Origin: a virus
Length of the DNA stretch: 64,000 bases
Virus record (IMG/VR): IMGVR_UViG_3300036651_001908
Span: 32,001-96,000 of that record
Reading direction: 5' to 3' (one strand)
The position numbers were made by a program, and so were the translations under genes. Positions within the stretch are counted from its first letter, which is position 1. Every line of letters begins with the position of its first letter. This document shows positions 47,201-55,999 of this stretch, one piece after another. Under the pieces are notes generated by a model. That model had not been told where the DNA came from. It worked only from the letters and a program-made list of their open reading frames with translations, and made no database searches.

Positions 47201-48875
47201 GAACAAGTCTGTCGTCCCACTCTCCGGGTCGGTTTACATCACGATGGATTCGCAGGCCAACCTCGCATACCCGGTGGTGACCGAGTATGACTCCACCGGT
47301 ACGGGAGTGGACTACCCGATCGCGTCGAACACTCAGGGAACCCGCTACAAGTTCAACGCCACCGCTGTTGCCTACGCCGTCAAGGTTTCCTCTCCGGCTG
47401 CGTCGTCACCGGTGCAGGACATCGTCACCTTCATCACCGTCTTCGAGACGGTGGGATCAGGGGATGGCCTGAACTCGTGGGCCGAACTTTCACCGGACGG
47501 GCTGCGGCTCTACTCGGGGGAGAATCAAAACCCAACCATCGTCCTCTCAGCCTCCGCCAACGACCTGCTTTCACTCTCGGATTCGGCAGGCGATCAGATC
47601 GCAACCATCGACATCGCGGGGAATGCGAGTTTCCAGAATGTGTCGATGCTCGCTGGGTCAACCATCGATGGCGCCGAATTGGTGCTTGACCCTACCGATG
47701 AAGACTTCCCCTCCACCCTTTCTGAGTCCACTCCGAATGGCAATGGGTGGACCCGTGGCGATGTCACACTGGCTGACGGTTCCGGAGGGACGGTGGCACT
47801 TCTTGACCGGCTCGGCCGGGGTGTCATCTACGACGTGACCTGGCCGAGCCAGGAAGGGCGCACGATCAGCACTCAGTACGCGCGCATCGCACAGGATTCC
47901 TTCACTCTGGAGGATGGGCGCTCTTACCTTTTCATTCTTGAACTGGCCGGGTTGCAACTCCAAAACTCTTCAGGAGTGAACATCTACGTGGAGTTGCAAA
48001 TGAAAGTCGGTGCTCCCAATACTTCGATCACAGATGGCCAAACGGTTGGCCGGGCCGTTATCCATAATGGGGATTCGGGTTACTGGTCGATTCCGCCCAT
48101 TGTTTATTCTGCGTCGAACAACAGCACAGCGATTGATACGGCCAATCGAGTTATTCCGGCTGGCACCCCCATCTACTGGCAGGTGAATACCAACCTTTCT
48201 GCGGCGCCGACCCCCTATACCCTCGCAGAGTTTGGCTTCTCCAGGGGCTTCACCGTTGTGGATGTGGGCAGTGTCTACCCGACGCACCCGTTGAACGGAA
48301 CGGATGCTCTGGCGGATGTCCATGACTACTCCACCTCGGGGGGCTCCTCAGGTGGTACTTCGGGAGGCACCCCTGCTTCTTCCAAGACGGTCACTGGTAC
48401 AGCGACCTGGAGTCGGACCTGGAACAACTCGGGATCGAACATCGTCTCCGGCAGTGGGCAGTACACCAACTCGAACGCGCTCTACCAGGGCAATGGCGTC
48501 ACCGCGATGGGTGGGGAGTTCGGCTTCTCGTCTTCGTTCCTCAGTCAGTTCGCTGGCAAGACGGTTACCTCAGCAAGCGTTTACCTGAAGAACGCCTACC
48601 AGGCCTATTCGGGCAAGTCGGCGTTGATGGGCACCTCGAACCACACGTCGGCCCCATCCACTATCTCCGGCCGTGGAAGCAACACCTTCAGCCGGGGGTT
48701 CTCGGCAGGTGAGGGCCAGTGGATCCCACTTTCCGGTGCCATTCGAGACGGCCTGTCCTCGGGGTCGGTGAGTGCATTCCGCGTCGGTGTTGATGGTTCT
48801 GACTCGAACTACATGTACTTCGAGGGTGTGGGCTATGGCAGTCACCCCCCGCAGTTGAAGGTCACATTCTACTGA
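44211..48875 (+). CDS. tail tip / central fibre protein with FN3-like domains
   Basis: TGATG coupling to Dit; hub-like N-terminus, FN3-like segments, ANSITANQLAVGAITADKL motif. Confidence 0.8.
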   Translation: MGDWTGTTPWTGSRTWGPDGASVGLTGSGSLHIAVSTSPSMGGSGSLAVSRATPAIKPAVALTGAGVLSLLTSVAMTSPQVLYGYPSSLEFRVTKYTTARTTPTVYDEVLNGPLAGSWLDELVGPGSGTLTLSTQHPKVLADPTLLAQRNWITALRDGQVVGRFILQTKELVLAGSNGDMADRLWTISGEGLRTLLHDAVVFPENGQVGKTTGTTRYFNFATVMKSRWYNSSQWVAPHSGPNYLAKNSYFLKYPAGYPIAQGQWIWGSTRDANGHAAVGYNYFRCEFTATVSDSSQTYSFYAAGDDALNLYLDGIPIANTAVGQKSWANVVAVEGISLTQGAHVLSAQVYNAQGRAGFMACVRQDANDSTSTAIKTLSYTGDSHWKVNAYPSQEPGWTIGEVLLQLWGEAQTRGVDFPAQLRPTFSENTDSAGVAWPSTGSYSFPLNTDYSDMLAQMEAMGCEAWVDPSTLTFNVYVVKGIDYSVVASYPNPPTLQIGQNLTATDETSTAALKNGLLVQAADGWTYQTDSNSLSTFGRIEGGTQVSVNLNQASTIISKTFSLMSTPQVSTTYQIIDTGNIKPGIDFTLGDWIMAPAMNVDPNTLARRRVMSITYALDTSNNNPNVVYAVELDTVYQDHITTLTNLISKLNNQDTVTGAKTSKAVPSTGAGAPIGAGSSPATRSALYAPTSFAVGTITGTYDSNGNPTCALALSWVCPVDDEGNDQDVAHYEIYGSTPTVAWALLSRVDGANLTTTLNVTPVQSWTLGVRAVAAWDAGLLSDFSNMVTVTSIKPGTALDPPTAPTLATDKGTITAHWDGKLINSGGVSYTPPVQFKNVSCYIYTNSPSESDIHQVAGLLQGAGAVVISGLAVGTLYYVVFFANDNGGLSSAQSAPASVTVIGITGPDILANSITANQLAVGAITADKLDVGTVPQGNQYNRVPNPLSNTAYWSLVVSSTNAFNLGGSANATALAAVGAVPAGLALLPTPTAAAYCYVANKSVVPLSGSVYITMDSQANLAYPVVTEYDSTGTGVDYPIASNTQGTRYKFNATAVAYAVKVSSPAASSPVQDIVTFITVFETVGSGDGLNSWAELSPDGLRLYSGENQNPTIVLSASANDLLSLSDSAGDQIATIDIAGNASFQNVSMLAGSTIDGAELVLDPTDEDFPSTLSESTPNGNGWTRGDVTLADGSGGTVALLDRLGRGVIYDVTWPSQEGRTISTQYARIAQDSFTLEDGRSYLFILELAGLQLQNSSGVNIYVELQMKVGAPNTSITDGQTVGRAVIHNGDSGYWSIPPIVYSASNNSTAIDTANRVIPAGTPIYWQVNTNLSAAPTPYTLAEFGFSRGFTVVDVGSVYPTHPLNGTDALADVHDYSTSGGSSGGTSGGTPASSKTVTGTATWSRTWNNSGSNIVSGSGQYTNSNALYQGNGVTAMGGEFGFSSSFLSQFAGKTVTSASVYLKNAYQAYSGKSALMGTSNHTSAPSTISGRGSNTFSRGFSAGEGQWIPLSGAIRDGLSSGSVSAFRVGVDGSDSNYMYFEGVGYGSHPPQLKVTFY

Positions 48876-48953
48876 TCCGATAGTAGTAGACGGAGAAACC
48901 TCAATTTCCGGGCCTTCTCCCATGCCGCTCACAGCGATCTAAGGGGGACACCC

Positions 48954-49514
48954 ATGTCGTTCATTACTGGTGCACAACTTGCGCGCTTGCTGAATGACTA
49001 TGGCCCTACCGTCGCCTTTCTCACCCTTTTCGTTGTCTCCATCACCGCCCTGATCCTGATGTGGAAGCCGGTCTCGAAGTTCATGACCGCGGTCAACCTC
49101 ATCATCGCGCTTCCGAAGCGCATGGACGAGCAGGACGCATTGGTCGCGGAGGGGCAAACCAAGGTCGCAGAGATGCACAAGGATCTGGACACGCACATCA
49201 AGGAAGGTGCGCCCTGGATCACGAAGTTGGATGAGGTGGAGAAGCAGGTCCACGTCGTTCTCCAGCAGCAGGCGGAGGTCGTCCACGAGGTGAAGCCCAA
49301 TAGCGGGACCTCGATGAAGGATGCGCTGAACCGCATCGAGAATGAAGTTCTACCGGCGTTGGCGAAGCAGATGTCGGCGTTGGGCGCTGCTGAGAAGAAG
49401 CAGTCCACCCGCGTCAACGATCGTCACGACGCGGAGGACGAGCAGGCTGCGGCGAAGCCCGCGCCCCGTCGTCGGGCACTACGCAAGCCGACCGATAGTA
49501 CCGAAGAGCCCTGA
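48954..49514 (+). CDS. membrane protein with coiled coil (lysis cassette)
   Basis: One N-terminal TM; HEVKPNSGTSMKDALNRIE motif common in actinophage lysis-region proteins. Confidence 0.75.
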   Translation: MSFITGAQLARLLNDYGPTVAFLTLFVVSITALILMWKPVSKFMTAVNLIIALPKRMDEQDALVAEGQTKVAEMHKDLDTHIKEGAPWITKLDEVEKQVHVVLQQQAEVVHEVKPNSGTSMKDALNRIENEVLPALAKQMSALGAAEKKQSTRVNDRHDAEDEQAAAKPAPRRRALRKPTDSTEEP

Positions 49515-49524
49515 GGAGGACCCC

Positions 49525-50100
49525 ATGAGAAATCTTCTTTCCAAGGTCTGGTGGGAGGCCGCTGGTGGTCGTGCTCTACGCACGGCGATCGTCGTCACCC
49601 TGCCGTACCTGCCAGCCATCTACGTCGGCCAGATCCCGTATCTGGTCATCCTCTCCACCGCGGGTCTCGCGGCCATCCTCTCGCTGCTCACCTCGGTGGT
49701 GGGGCTGCCTGAGGTTGATGGCAAGAACCCTGTCTGGTGGTTCGCCATCGCAGAGCGTGTGGTCAAGACCATCGCGCAGGCGATCGTCGCCGGGATCGGC
49801 AACGCTGTGCTGATCCAGGATGTGCACTGGCCGAACATCCTCCAGGCTGCTCTCGCTGCGGGCTTCGGCTCGCTCCTGTTCGCGTTCCTGAAGGATCTGC
49901 CTGAGACCACCGTGCCGACGGCAGTCACTCCTGTCGCTCCCATCCCGGTCATCATCAGTGGCCCTGTCACCACGACCTCCGGTGCTGTGAGTGCGAACGT
50001 GACCTATACATCCAACCCCGCATCGGCTACAGTGCCCACCGACTCGGCGCCCGCCGAGATTCCAACCAAGGAGACAGTCCTCGATGAACCCGCTCAGTGA
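49525..50100 (+). CDS. holin, tandem r1t-like domains
   Basis: Two copies of WW.A..ER/GR..KT/RT..; LSLLTSVVGLPEV; GAGGAG RBS; late motif at 49491. Confidence 0.8.
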   Translation: MRNLLSKVWWEAAGGRALRTAIVVTLPYLPAIYVGQIPYLVILSTAGLAAILSLLTSVVGLPEVDGKNPVWWFAIAERVVKTIAQAIVAGIGNAVLIQDVHWPNILQAALAAGFGSLLFAFLKDLPETTVPTAVTPVAPIPVIISGPVTTTSGAVSANVTYTSNPASATVPTDSAPAEIPTKETVLDEPAQ

Positions 50101-50182
50101 CAACGACGCTCTAGAGAACGTGGACGGCTACGCCTGCCCGATCGATCCCATGGACCGTCTGGGCTGCGACTCCTGTCAGTGA
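50084..50182 (+). CDS. 32-aa acidic microprotein ending in CDSCQ
   Basis: MNPLSDNDALENVDGYACPIDPMDRLGCDSCQ*; AAGGAG at 50068-50073; last ORF before terminator. Confidence 0.6.
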   Translation: MNPLSDNDALENVDGYACPIDPMDRLGCDSCQ

Positions 50183-50219
50183 TGTATACTGACAGGTAGG
50201 CCGTCTGCCCGTGCCCCTG

Positions 50220-50253
50220 AAGCCCCCGTCCTCACCCTGAGGACGGGGGCTTT
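50220..50253 (+). terminator. intrinsic terminator ending the late region
   Basis: AAGCCCCCGTCCTCA-ccc-TGAGGACGGGGGCTTT. Confidence 0.85.
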
Positions 50254-50450
50254 GGTGTGCTATACTCAAGGCACGACCCCTTGACCATGGATGTGGGGGT
50301 TGCCCCGCCTTCGGCCCCCGGTGAAGAGACTGCGTCTTAGTATCCGGGGGCCGTCGTGCATCTATCGACCTACATGCACGCGACACGCCGTGGGGCCAAA
50401 AATCGTTACCTCATTTTGTGGCCATCCCCAGGCAAATTATGCTATAAGGC

Positions 50451-50603
50451 ATGGCCCCCATCCCCGAGTCCACCGAACTCATGGTGACCCACGCCAGCGA
50501 AGCGTTCATGGAGGACTTCCGGTACGCGGAAGCCATCGCCCGCGCAGCCGTCGCCCTTCTAGCCCGTCGCGAGGTGCACCCCGGTACTGCTACCGTGGTG
50601 TAG
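50451..50603 (+). CDS. 50-aa hypothetical protein (probably leaderless)
   Basis: MAPIPESTELMVTHASEAF...; TATGCT 7 nt upstream; abuts helicase start. Confidence 0.55.
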   Translation: MAPIPESTELMVTHASEAFMEDFRYAEAIARAAVALLARREVHPGTATVV

Positions 50604-52280
50604 ATGCTGAGATACGACACACGCAACTTCTCGAACTCGCAGCGTGAGGCCCTGGCCTGGAAGGCGCACGAGTACAAGGACTTCGCGCTCCCTCCGCTGA
50701 CCGCCTGGAACTATGCCCTCTGCCGGAAGCACCGCAACGGCTGGGTAGAACAAGATTTCAACGAGGCCGGTGAGGTCACCGCCGAGCGCACCGTGTACGA
50801 CCGGCCCATGCCGGGCTGCCGCCAGTGTGGGATCCACTTCCGCAAGCACCAGCGGGTCAGCATCATGTGGCTTTATCTGAAGAAGAGAGCCCTCCTCGCT
50901 GACACCATGGGCACCGGCAAGACCACGAGCGCTGCCGGGCTCATCGCCCTCCTTCTAGAGACCGGGGAACTCCCGGAGGTGGGCCGCGTCGTCATCGTCC
51001 CTCGGGCACCGGCGCTGTACCAGTGGCGGGAGGAACTGCTGCGGATGATCCCGGGGCTGGACATCGCCATGGCGGAGGGCACGAAGCGCAAGCGGATGGA
51101 GACCTACTCCAGCGAGTGGCAGGTGCTCCTCATCGGCCCCGAGATGCTGAGGCAGAAAGATGATTTCGCTGCACTCCGGCACATCCCGCTGGCTGCCCTC
51201 ATCTGTGACGACATCGACCCGCTCCGCAACCCGGATACCGAGACCTCGTACACCCTGGACAAGTTGGGGGAGCAAGCCGACCGGTACGTGATCATGTCTG
51301 GCACCCCGCTCCAGAAGCGTCTCCCGGAACTGCACGCCGTTCTCGACGGCATTGGTGGCCTGGGTGCTCTGGGAGGTTTGGACGCCTTCACCCGACGCTA
51401 CGTTCGCAGTGAGTGGGTGGTGGACCACGACCGCTCCGGCCGGGAGTTCAAGCGGCAGCAGATCGTGGGCTACCAGAACCTCGATGAACTCAAGCGGAAG
51501 ATGGCTCCCCTCGTGCTGCGCCGCACCGCCGACGACCTCGATGACGTGGACCTCCCCGCCATCCAGCCGGAGGACGTGTTCCTCTCGCTCTACCCATCGC
51601 AGCGCGCGAAGTATGACGAACTCCGTCAGGGCGTCATCCGGATCATGAAGGAGCAGGGCACGGAGGTCAAGCACACCACCGCGCTCTCCCGCATCCACTA
51701 CGGAGCAGCCATCTGCGCCGGGCTCGCTGCCCTGGGTGAGCCGGACGGTCCGCGCACCAGCGTGAAGTTGGACTGGATCGAGAGCAAGTTGATGGACGGG
51801 GGTGACCTGGAGGACGAGAAGGTGGTCATCTTCGCCCGGCTGAAGAACTCGGTCCGCGCGCTCCAGGCCCGGCTCACCGCCCGGGGCATCGGCTTCGAGA
51901 CGGTGTGGGGTGACGAGCCCGACAAGCGGAAGCGGCATGCCAGTCAGCAGAGGTTCTGGGAGGACCCAGCCTGCCGGGTGATGATCGGTACCAGCGCCAT
52001 GGAGCAGAGCCTGAACCTCCAGGTCAGCCGTCACCTCATCAACGCCGACATGATCCTGAACCCTGCGCGTATGGCACAGTTGGCAGGCCGCATCCGGCGA
52101 GACGGCAGCGCATACCGCACGGTGTATGTACACAACCTGCTCACACATGACACCCAGGAGGCGCGGTACCTCGCCGTGCTGGAGCGGGAGGCGGCGCTGG
52201 CCAGCCACATCTGGGACGAGACGGACGAACTCTTCCGCTCGCTCTCCTCCACCGAACTGCTTCGCCTGATCACGGGCTGA
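50604..52280 (+). CDS. SNF2-family helicase/ATPase
   Basis: LLADTMGTGKT, MSGTPLQ, VLRRT, KVVIFA, QSLNLQ, QLAGRIRRDG; motif II reads DDID. Confidence 0.9.
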   Translation: MLRYDTRNFSNSQREALAWKAHEYKDFALPPLTAWNYALCRKHRNGWVEQDFNEAGEVTAERTVYDRPMPGCRQCGIHFRKHQRVSIMWLYLKKRALLADTMGTGKTTSAAGLIALLLETGELPEVGRVVIVPRAPALYQWREELLRMIPGLDIAMAEGTKRKRMETYSSEWQVLLIGPEMLRQKDDFAALRHIPLAALICDDIDPLRNPDTETSYTLDKLGEQADRYVIMSGTPLQKRLPELHAVLDGIGGLGALGGLDAFTRRYVRSEWVVDHDRSGREFKRQQIVGYQNLDELKRKMAPLVLRRTADDLDDVDLPAIQPEDVFLSLYPSQRAKYDELRQGVIRIMKEQGTEVKHTTALSRIHYGAAICAGLAALGEPDGPRTSVKLDWIESKLMDGGDLEDEKVVIFARLKNSVRALQARLTARGIGFETVWGDEPDKRKRHASQQRFWEDPACRVMIGTSAMEQSLNLQVSRHLINADMILNPARMAQLAGRIRRDGSAYRTVYVHNLLTHDTQEARYLAVLEREAALASHIWDETDELFRSLSSTELLRLITG

Positions 52281-52343
52281 AATCATGAAACCCGAGAGCC
52301 ACCGCCGTGTGGCATACCCTATCCCGACCGAAGGAGGCTTCCG

Positions 52344-52634
52344 GTGACAGATTCCGATGAGCAGGAGTTGGCTGCCGCTGCTCTAGAGGACGCGCTCCTC
52401 AGGTACATGCGGGCCCGGACCGACAACTCAGAGACCATGGTTCTAGAGGGATACATCTTCGAGGCCTTCGGGCGCACGATGGAGAACCTGGACAACCACG
52501 AGACCAGCCACATCTGGGGACACATGGACAGCCAGCCGGTGCACATCACCATCGGGCTGGCCGAGATGCTGAAGTTGACCGTGAAGGATTGGTTCCTCAA
52601 CGGTGAGCCCCGAGATGGTGACGACGACGACTGA
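52344..52634 (+). CDS. hypothetical protein
   Basis: AAGGAGG RBS; coupled to sigma gene. Confidence 0.7.
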   Translation: MTDSDEQELAAAALEDALLRYMRARTDNSETMVLEGYIFEAFGRTMENLDNHETSHIWGHMDSQPVHITIGLAEMLKLTVKDWFLNGEPRDGDDDD

Positions 52635-53365
52635 TGCTCGACGCAGTTCGGGCGGAGTTGGTTCGGAAGAACGTCGCCCTCGCCCGCTATCTAGCACGGG
52701 TTGCGTACGAGCGCAACCCGACAGAACTAGAACTTGACGAGGTGACCTCCATCGCCTACCAGGGGCTGGTGACCGCCGCCATCCGCTGGGACCCCATCGG
52801 GCAGAACATCGATGAAGAAGGCCTCCGTGAGACGGCCAAACACCCTTCCGGAAGAGCGTTTGCAGGGTATGCTCGACAGCGGATCGTGGGGGAGATACTG
52901 GATTGGCAGCGACGACGCGACCACGTTCAGCGATCCTACCGCACCATCTACAAAACCCTGATCGCAGCCGGGTTTACCGGCTCCTTCGATCAGGGGCCGT
53001 CCGCGAAGACGCTGGCCGCGAAGTTGGGGCTAGACGAAGAACGGGTACGTCGTGTAGTATATGCCGTACACGCATCACCCGTAAGCGTGGAAACAGTTCA
53101 GGACGAGACACAGGTATCCCATGCCGAATATGATTTCGAGTCTTCCGCCGTGGAGACCTCGATCAAGCAAGCCGTCGTGCTCGCCTTGCAGCAACTGCCT
53201 ACGGTTCAACGCCACGTAGTTGCACTGCGCTACTATCGCGGGTGGGAATTTCAAGCGATAGCAGTTGAGTTAGGCGTCAGCCTCCCTGTAGTTCGTGAAG
53301 CACACTCTGAAGGAGTGATTGCTTTACATGCTGCAATGCGCCGACGCGCCCAGGAGTCCTCCTAG
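52634..53365 (+). CDS. RNA polymerase sigma factor, FliA/WhiG (sigma28)-like
   Basis: Region 2: GLVTAAIRWDP...FAGYARQRIVGEILDWQRRRDHVQRSYR; region 4: LP..QRHVVALRYYRG...IAVELGVS. Confidence 0.88.
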   Translation: MLDAVRAELVRKNVALARYLARVAYERNPTELELDEVTSIAYQGLVTAAIRWDPIGQNIDEEGLRETAKHPSGRAFAGYARQRIVGEILDWQRRRDHVQRSYRTIYKTLIAAGFTGSFDQGPSAKTLAAKLGLDEERVRRVVYAVHASPVSVETVQDETQVSHAEYDFESSAVETSIKQAVVLALQQLPTVQRHVVALRYYRGWEFQAIAVELGVSLPVVREAHSEGVIALHAAMRRRAQESS

Positions 53366-53428
53366 ACATTGATGCCTCCAGTTTGCTTTCCTCACCTGTA
53401 GATTTGCCCCACGAAGGAGTGACCCCGG

Positions 53429-53671
53429 ATGGTCAACAGTGATACCCCTAAGGCCCCCAAGACGGTGGAAGAAGTCATCGCCTACCTGGAGAACGCCCTC
53501 GATGAGATGCGGCGAGACGACACTCCTGACCAACTCGCCGGGATCGATCCGGACACCGCCTTCGAACTGGGTTACGAGACGGCGATCTTCGACCTTCGCC
53601 ATGCGGCAGACGTTCCCGAGATGGGCATCATCGAGTTCGAGTTCCAGAAGAGAGAAGAGGTGGGTGACTAA
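53429..53671 (+). CDS. hypothetical protein
   Basis: AAGGAG RBS. Confidence 0.7.
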   Translation: MVNSDTPKAPKTVEEVIAYLENALDEMRRDDTPDQLAGIDPDTAFELGYETAIFDLRHAADVPEMGIIEFEFQKREEVGD

Positions 53672-53937
53672 TGCCTCGTAAGATCCCGGCGCCGTTCAAG
53701 CGACCCAGTATCAACCTAGAGGACACGGGCCGGTCGTGGCAACATCTCCCAGCGTTCTATGTGCAAGCGGGGGACATCGTGGCGGACCTCGGTCTCGTCG
53801 GTGAGGTGATGCACGCCGGTGGGATCCTCAACTACGTGGTGATCACCAACCGGTTCGGGGACAGCAAGCGCTTCGAGCCGCACGAGCAGGTCTTCGCCTT
53901 CGTGCCGCACGGTACGCCCACCTCTCTACCCGAGTAG
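53671..53937 (+). CDS. hypothetical protein
   Basis: TAATG coupling. Confidence 0.7.
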   Translation: MPRKIPAPFKRPSINLEDTGRSWQHLPAFYVQAGDIVADLGLVGEVMHAGGILNYVVITNRFGDSKRFEPHEQVFAFVPHGTPTSLPE

Positions 53938-53943
53938 CCGACC

Positions 53944-55407
53944 ATGGCCGATGCTCGTGAGCATGCGGCGGTGATCTTCGCGGCGCTGATCCCTGGTCGG
54001 AAAGACCTGCTCGATTCAGCCCGCGGTCAACTCACCCCCGAGCACTTCCCGGACGCCGTCCAGCGGCAGTTCTGGAAGATCATCTCCTACTACGCCGAGC
54101 GCACCGGCAGCGTCCTGACGGACACCGCGCTCAGCGACATCACCCGGACCCTCGACGCTGGCAAGCAGGCGCTGTACCAGCAGGTGTTCGACAGCGCGTT
54201 CAAGCGCACGGTGGGCGACGACGACTTCACCTGGTCCCTCGACCAGATCCGGGAACTCGCAGCCGACCAGGCCACCGCAGCGGTCCTCGCCACCTCGCAG
54301 CAGATCCTCCGGCAAGGCTGGGAAGACCCCACCGGCACGACGTTGCAGGGGCAGGAGGATGCCCGCACCTACCTGCTGGAAGCCCTGGCCGCGATCGACG
54401 CTGATCTGCTCCACCAGGCTTCACCCGAGGGCACGATCCAGGACGATGAGGACCGGTTCCTCAAGCAGTACGCACAGCGCAAACAAGATTTTCAGAGCGG
54501 TGTCAGCCATGGCATCGGCTTCGGCCTCCGCGACCTGGACGAGAAGGTGGGCGGCCTCCAGCCTGGTGACCTCGTGCTCATTGCGGGCTACTCGTCGGAC
54601 GGCAAGTCCTCCATGGCTGTGCAGTTGGCCTGGAGCGCAGCCGTGGAGCAGGGGAGGAACGTCCTCTTCTTCACGACCGAGACGGTGTACGAGACGACCG
54701 AGCGGAGGATCTTCGCCCGGCACAGCAAGCAGCCGGTGTTCGGACTCCGTGAGGGTCTGGACACCAAGGATCTAAAACTCGGACGGCTGAAGCCCCACGA
54801 GGAGCAGGCGCTGCCCATCGTGGTCGGGGACCTCGCGCGCAACCCGGCGTACGGGAAGATCCACATCAAGCAGGTGCCCCGGCAGGCCAACATCGCCACG
54901 CTGGAAGCGCACGCCATGACGGTCTCCCGGCAGATGAAGATCGACCTCATCGTGATCGACTACCTGGCGCTGCTCTCCTCCGACTCCCGGCGCACCACCG
55001 ACCGTGAGTCTCTAGCCGGGATCATCAAGGCCAGCAAGGTCTGGGCCACCACCTTCGACAACGGCCGGGGTGTGCCGATCGTCAGCCCGTGGCAGGTGAA
55101 CCGTGCCTCCCGAGACGCAGCGCTCAGGGACGGCTACTACTCCTCCTCCGCGCTGGCTGACACGGCGGAGGCCACGAACTCCTCCGACGTGATCGTGAGC
55201 CTGCTGGCACCGGCTGACAACGAGGGCCGCTACGCCGAGGTGCGGGGCCAGGTGCTGAAGAACCGAGACGGTCAGACCAGCAACTCGCTCCTGCTGGACG
55301 TGGACTACGCCACCAGCACGTTCACGTCCAAGGCGTCCATCTCCTTCGACAGTTTCGCTGCGGCAGCGGGCGCGACGGCAGAGGGTCTGGACGACCTCCT
55401 GCAATGA
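53944..55407 (+). CDS. dnaB: replicative DNA helicase, DnaB-like
   Basis: GGLQPGDLVLIAGYSSDGKS, FFTTE, IVIDYLALL, QVNR, KNRDG. Confidence 0.92.
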   Translation: MADAREHAAVIFAALIPGRKDLLDSARGQLTPEHFPDAVQRQFWKIISYYAERTGSVLTDTALSDITRTLDAGKQALYQQVFDSAFKRTVGDDDFTWSLDQIRELAADQATAAVLATSQQILRQGWEDPTGTTLQGQEDARTYLLEALAAIDADLLHQASPEGTIQDDEDRFLKQYAQRKQDFQSGVSHGIGFGLRDLDEKVGGLQPGDLVLIAGYSSDGKSSMAVQLAWSAAVEQGRNVLFFTTETVYETTERRIFARHSKQPVFGLREGLDTKDLKLGRLKPHEEQALPIVVGDLARNPAYGKIHIKQVPRQANIATLEAHAMTVSRQMKIDLIVIDYLALLSSDSRRTTDRESLAGIIKASKVWATTFDNGRGVPIVSPWQVNRASRDAALRDGYYSSSALADTAEATNSSDVIVSLLAPADNEGRYAEVRGQVLKNRDGQTSNSLLLDVDYATSTFTSKASISFDSFAAAAGATAEGLDDLLQ

Positions 55408-55558
55408 CGCTCCGGGCCGAAGACGCCCCGGGGTACATCGCGGACCTGATCCGGACAGCGGAACATCATCTGGAGCAGGCACACGGACTGCTGGACGCAG
55501 CAGAGCAGATCATGAAGAAGATGGCGGACGGGGAGAAGATCAGTCTATGATACAGGGC

Positions 55559-55999
55559 ATGCAGAACCGCACCCTCTGGCACGCACCGGACCTGACGATG
55601 GTGGACGAGCCGCTACTGCTGTCTCTAGTCAAGTACCGGCTACACAAGGACCGGCAGTTGCTCCCGCCCTTCCCGGAGTTCGAGGCGCAGGCAAATCTTG
55701 TTTCCTCGTACACCCTGGACGACAAGCAGATGCCGATCCTCGACCTGGACTTCGACCACCTCGTGGTGGAGTCCACCACCGACGGGCACCACCACCTGTA
55801 CATCAACGTGCCGATGAGCCGGATGAAGTGGCGCGTCCTCATGCTCGTGCTGTGGTGGACCGGCGTGGTGGAGATGGGCAACGCGGTCTGGTCTCTTCGT
55901 CGCGGGGCGAACTTCGTCCGTCCGCCTCAGGTGAAGAAGACAGCGGTCGAGAGCGTCAAACCGACGTACGGCTGGATCTTCAAACTCAAGGAGCACTGA
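55559..55999 (+). CDS. hypothetical protein with AEP/prim-pol-like DxD and HxH motifs
   Basis: PILDLDFD...STTDGHHHLY; TATGAT shortly upstream of ATG. Confidence 0.6.
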   Translation: MQNRTLWHAPDLTMVDEPLLLSLVKYRLHKDRQLLPPFPEFEAQANLVSSYTLDDKQMPILDLDFDHLVVESTTDGHHHLYINVPMSRMKWRVLMLVLWWTGVVEMGNAVWSLRRGANFVRPPQVKKTAVESVKPTYGWIFKLKEH

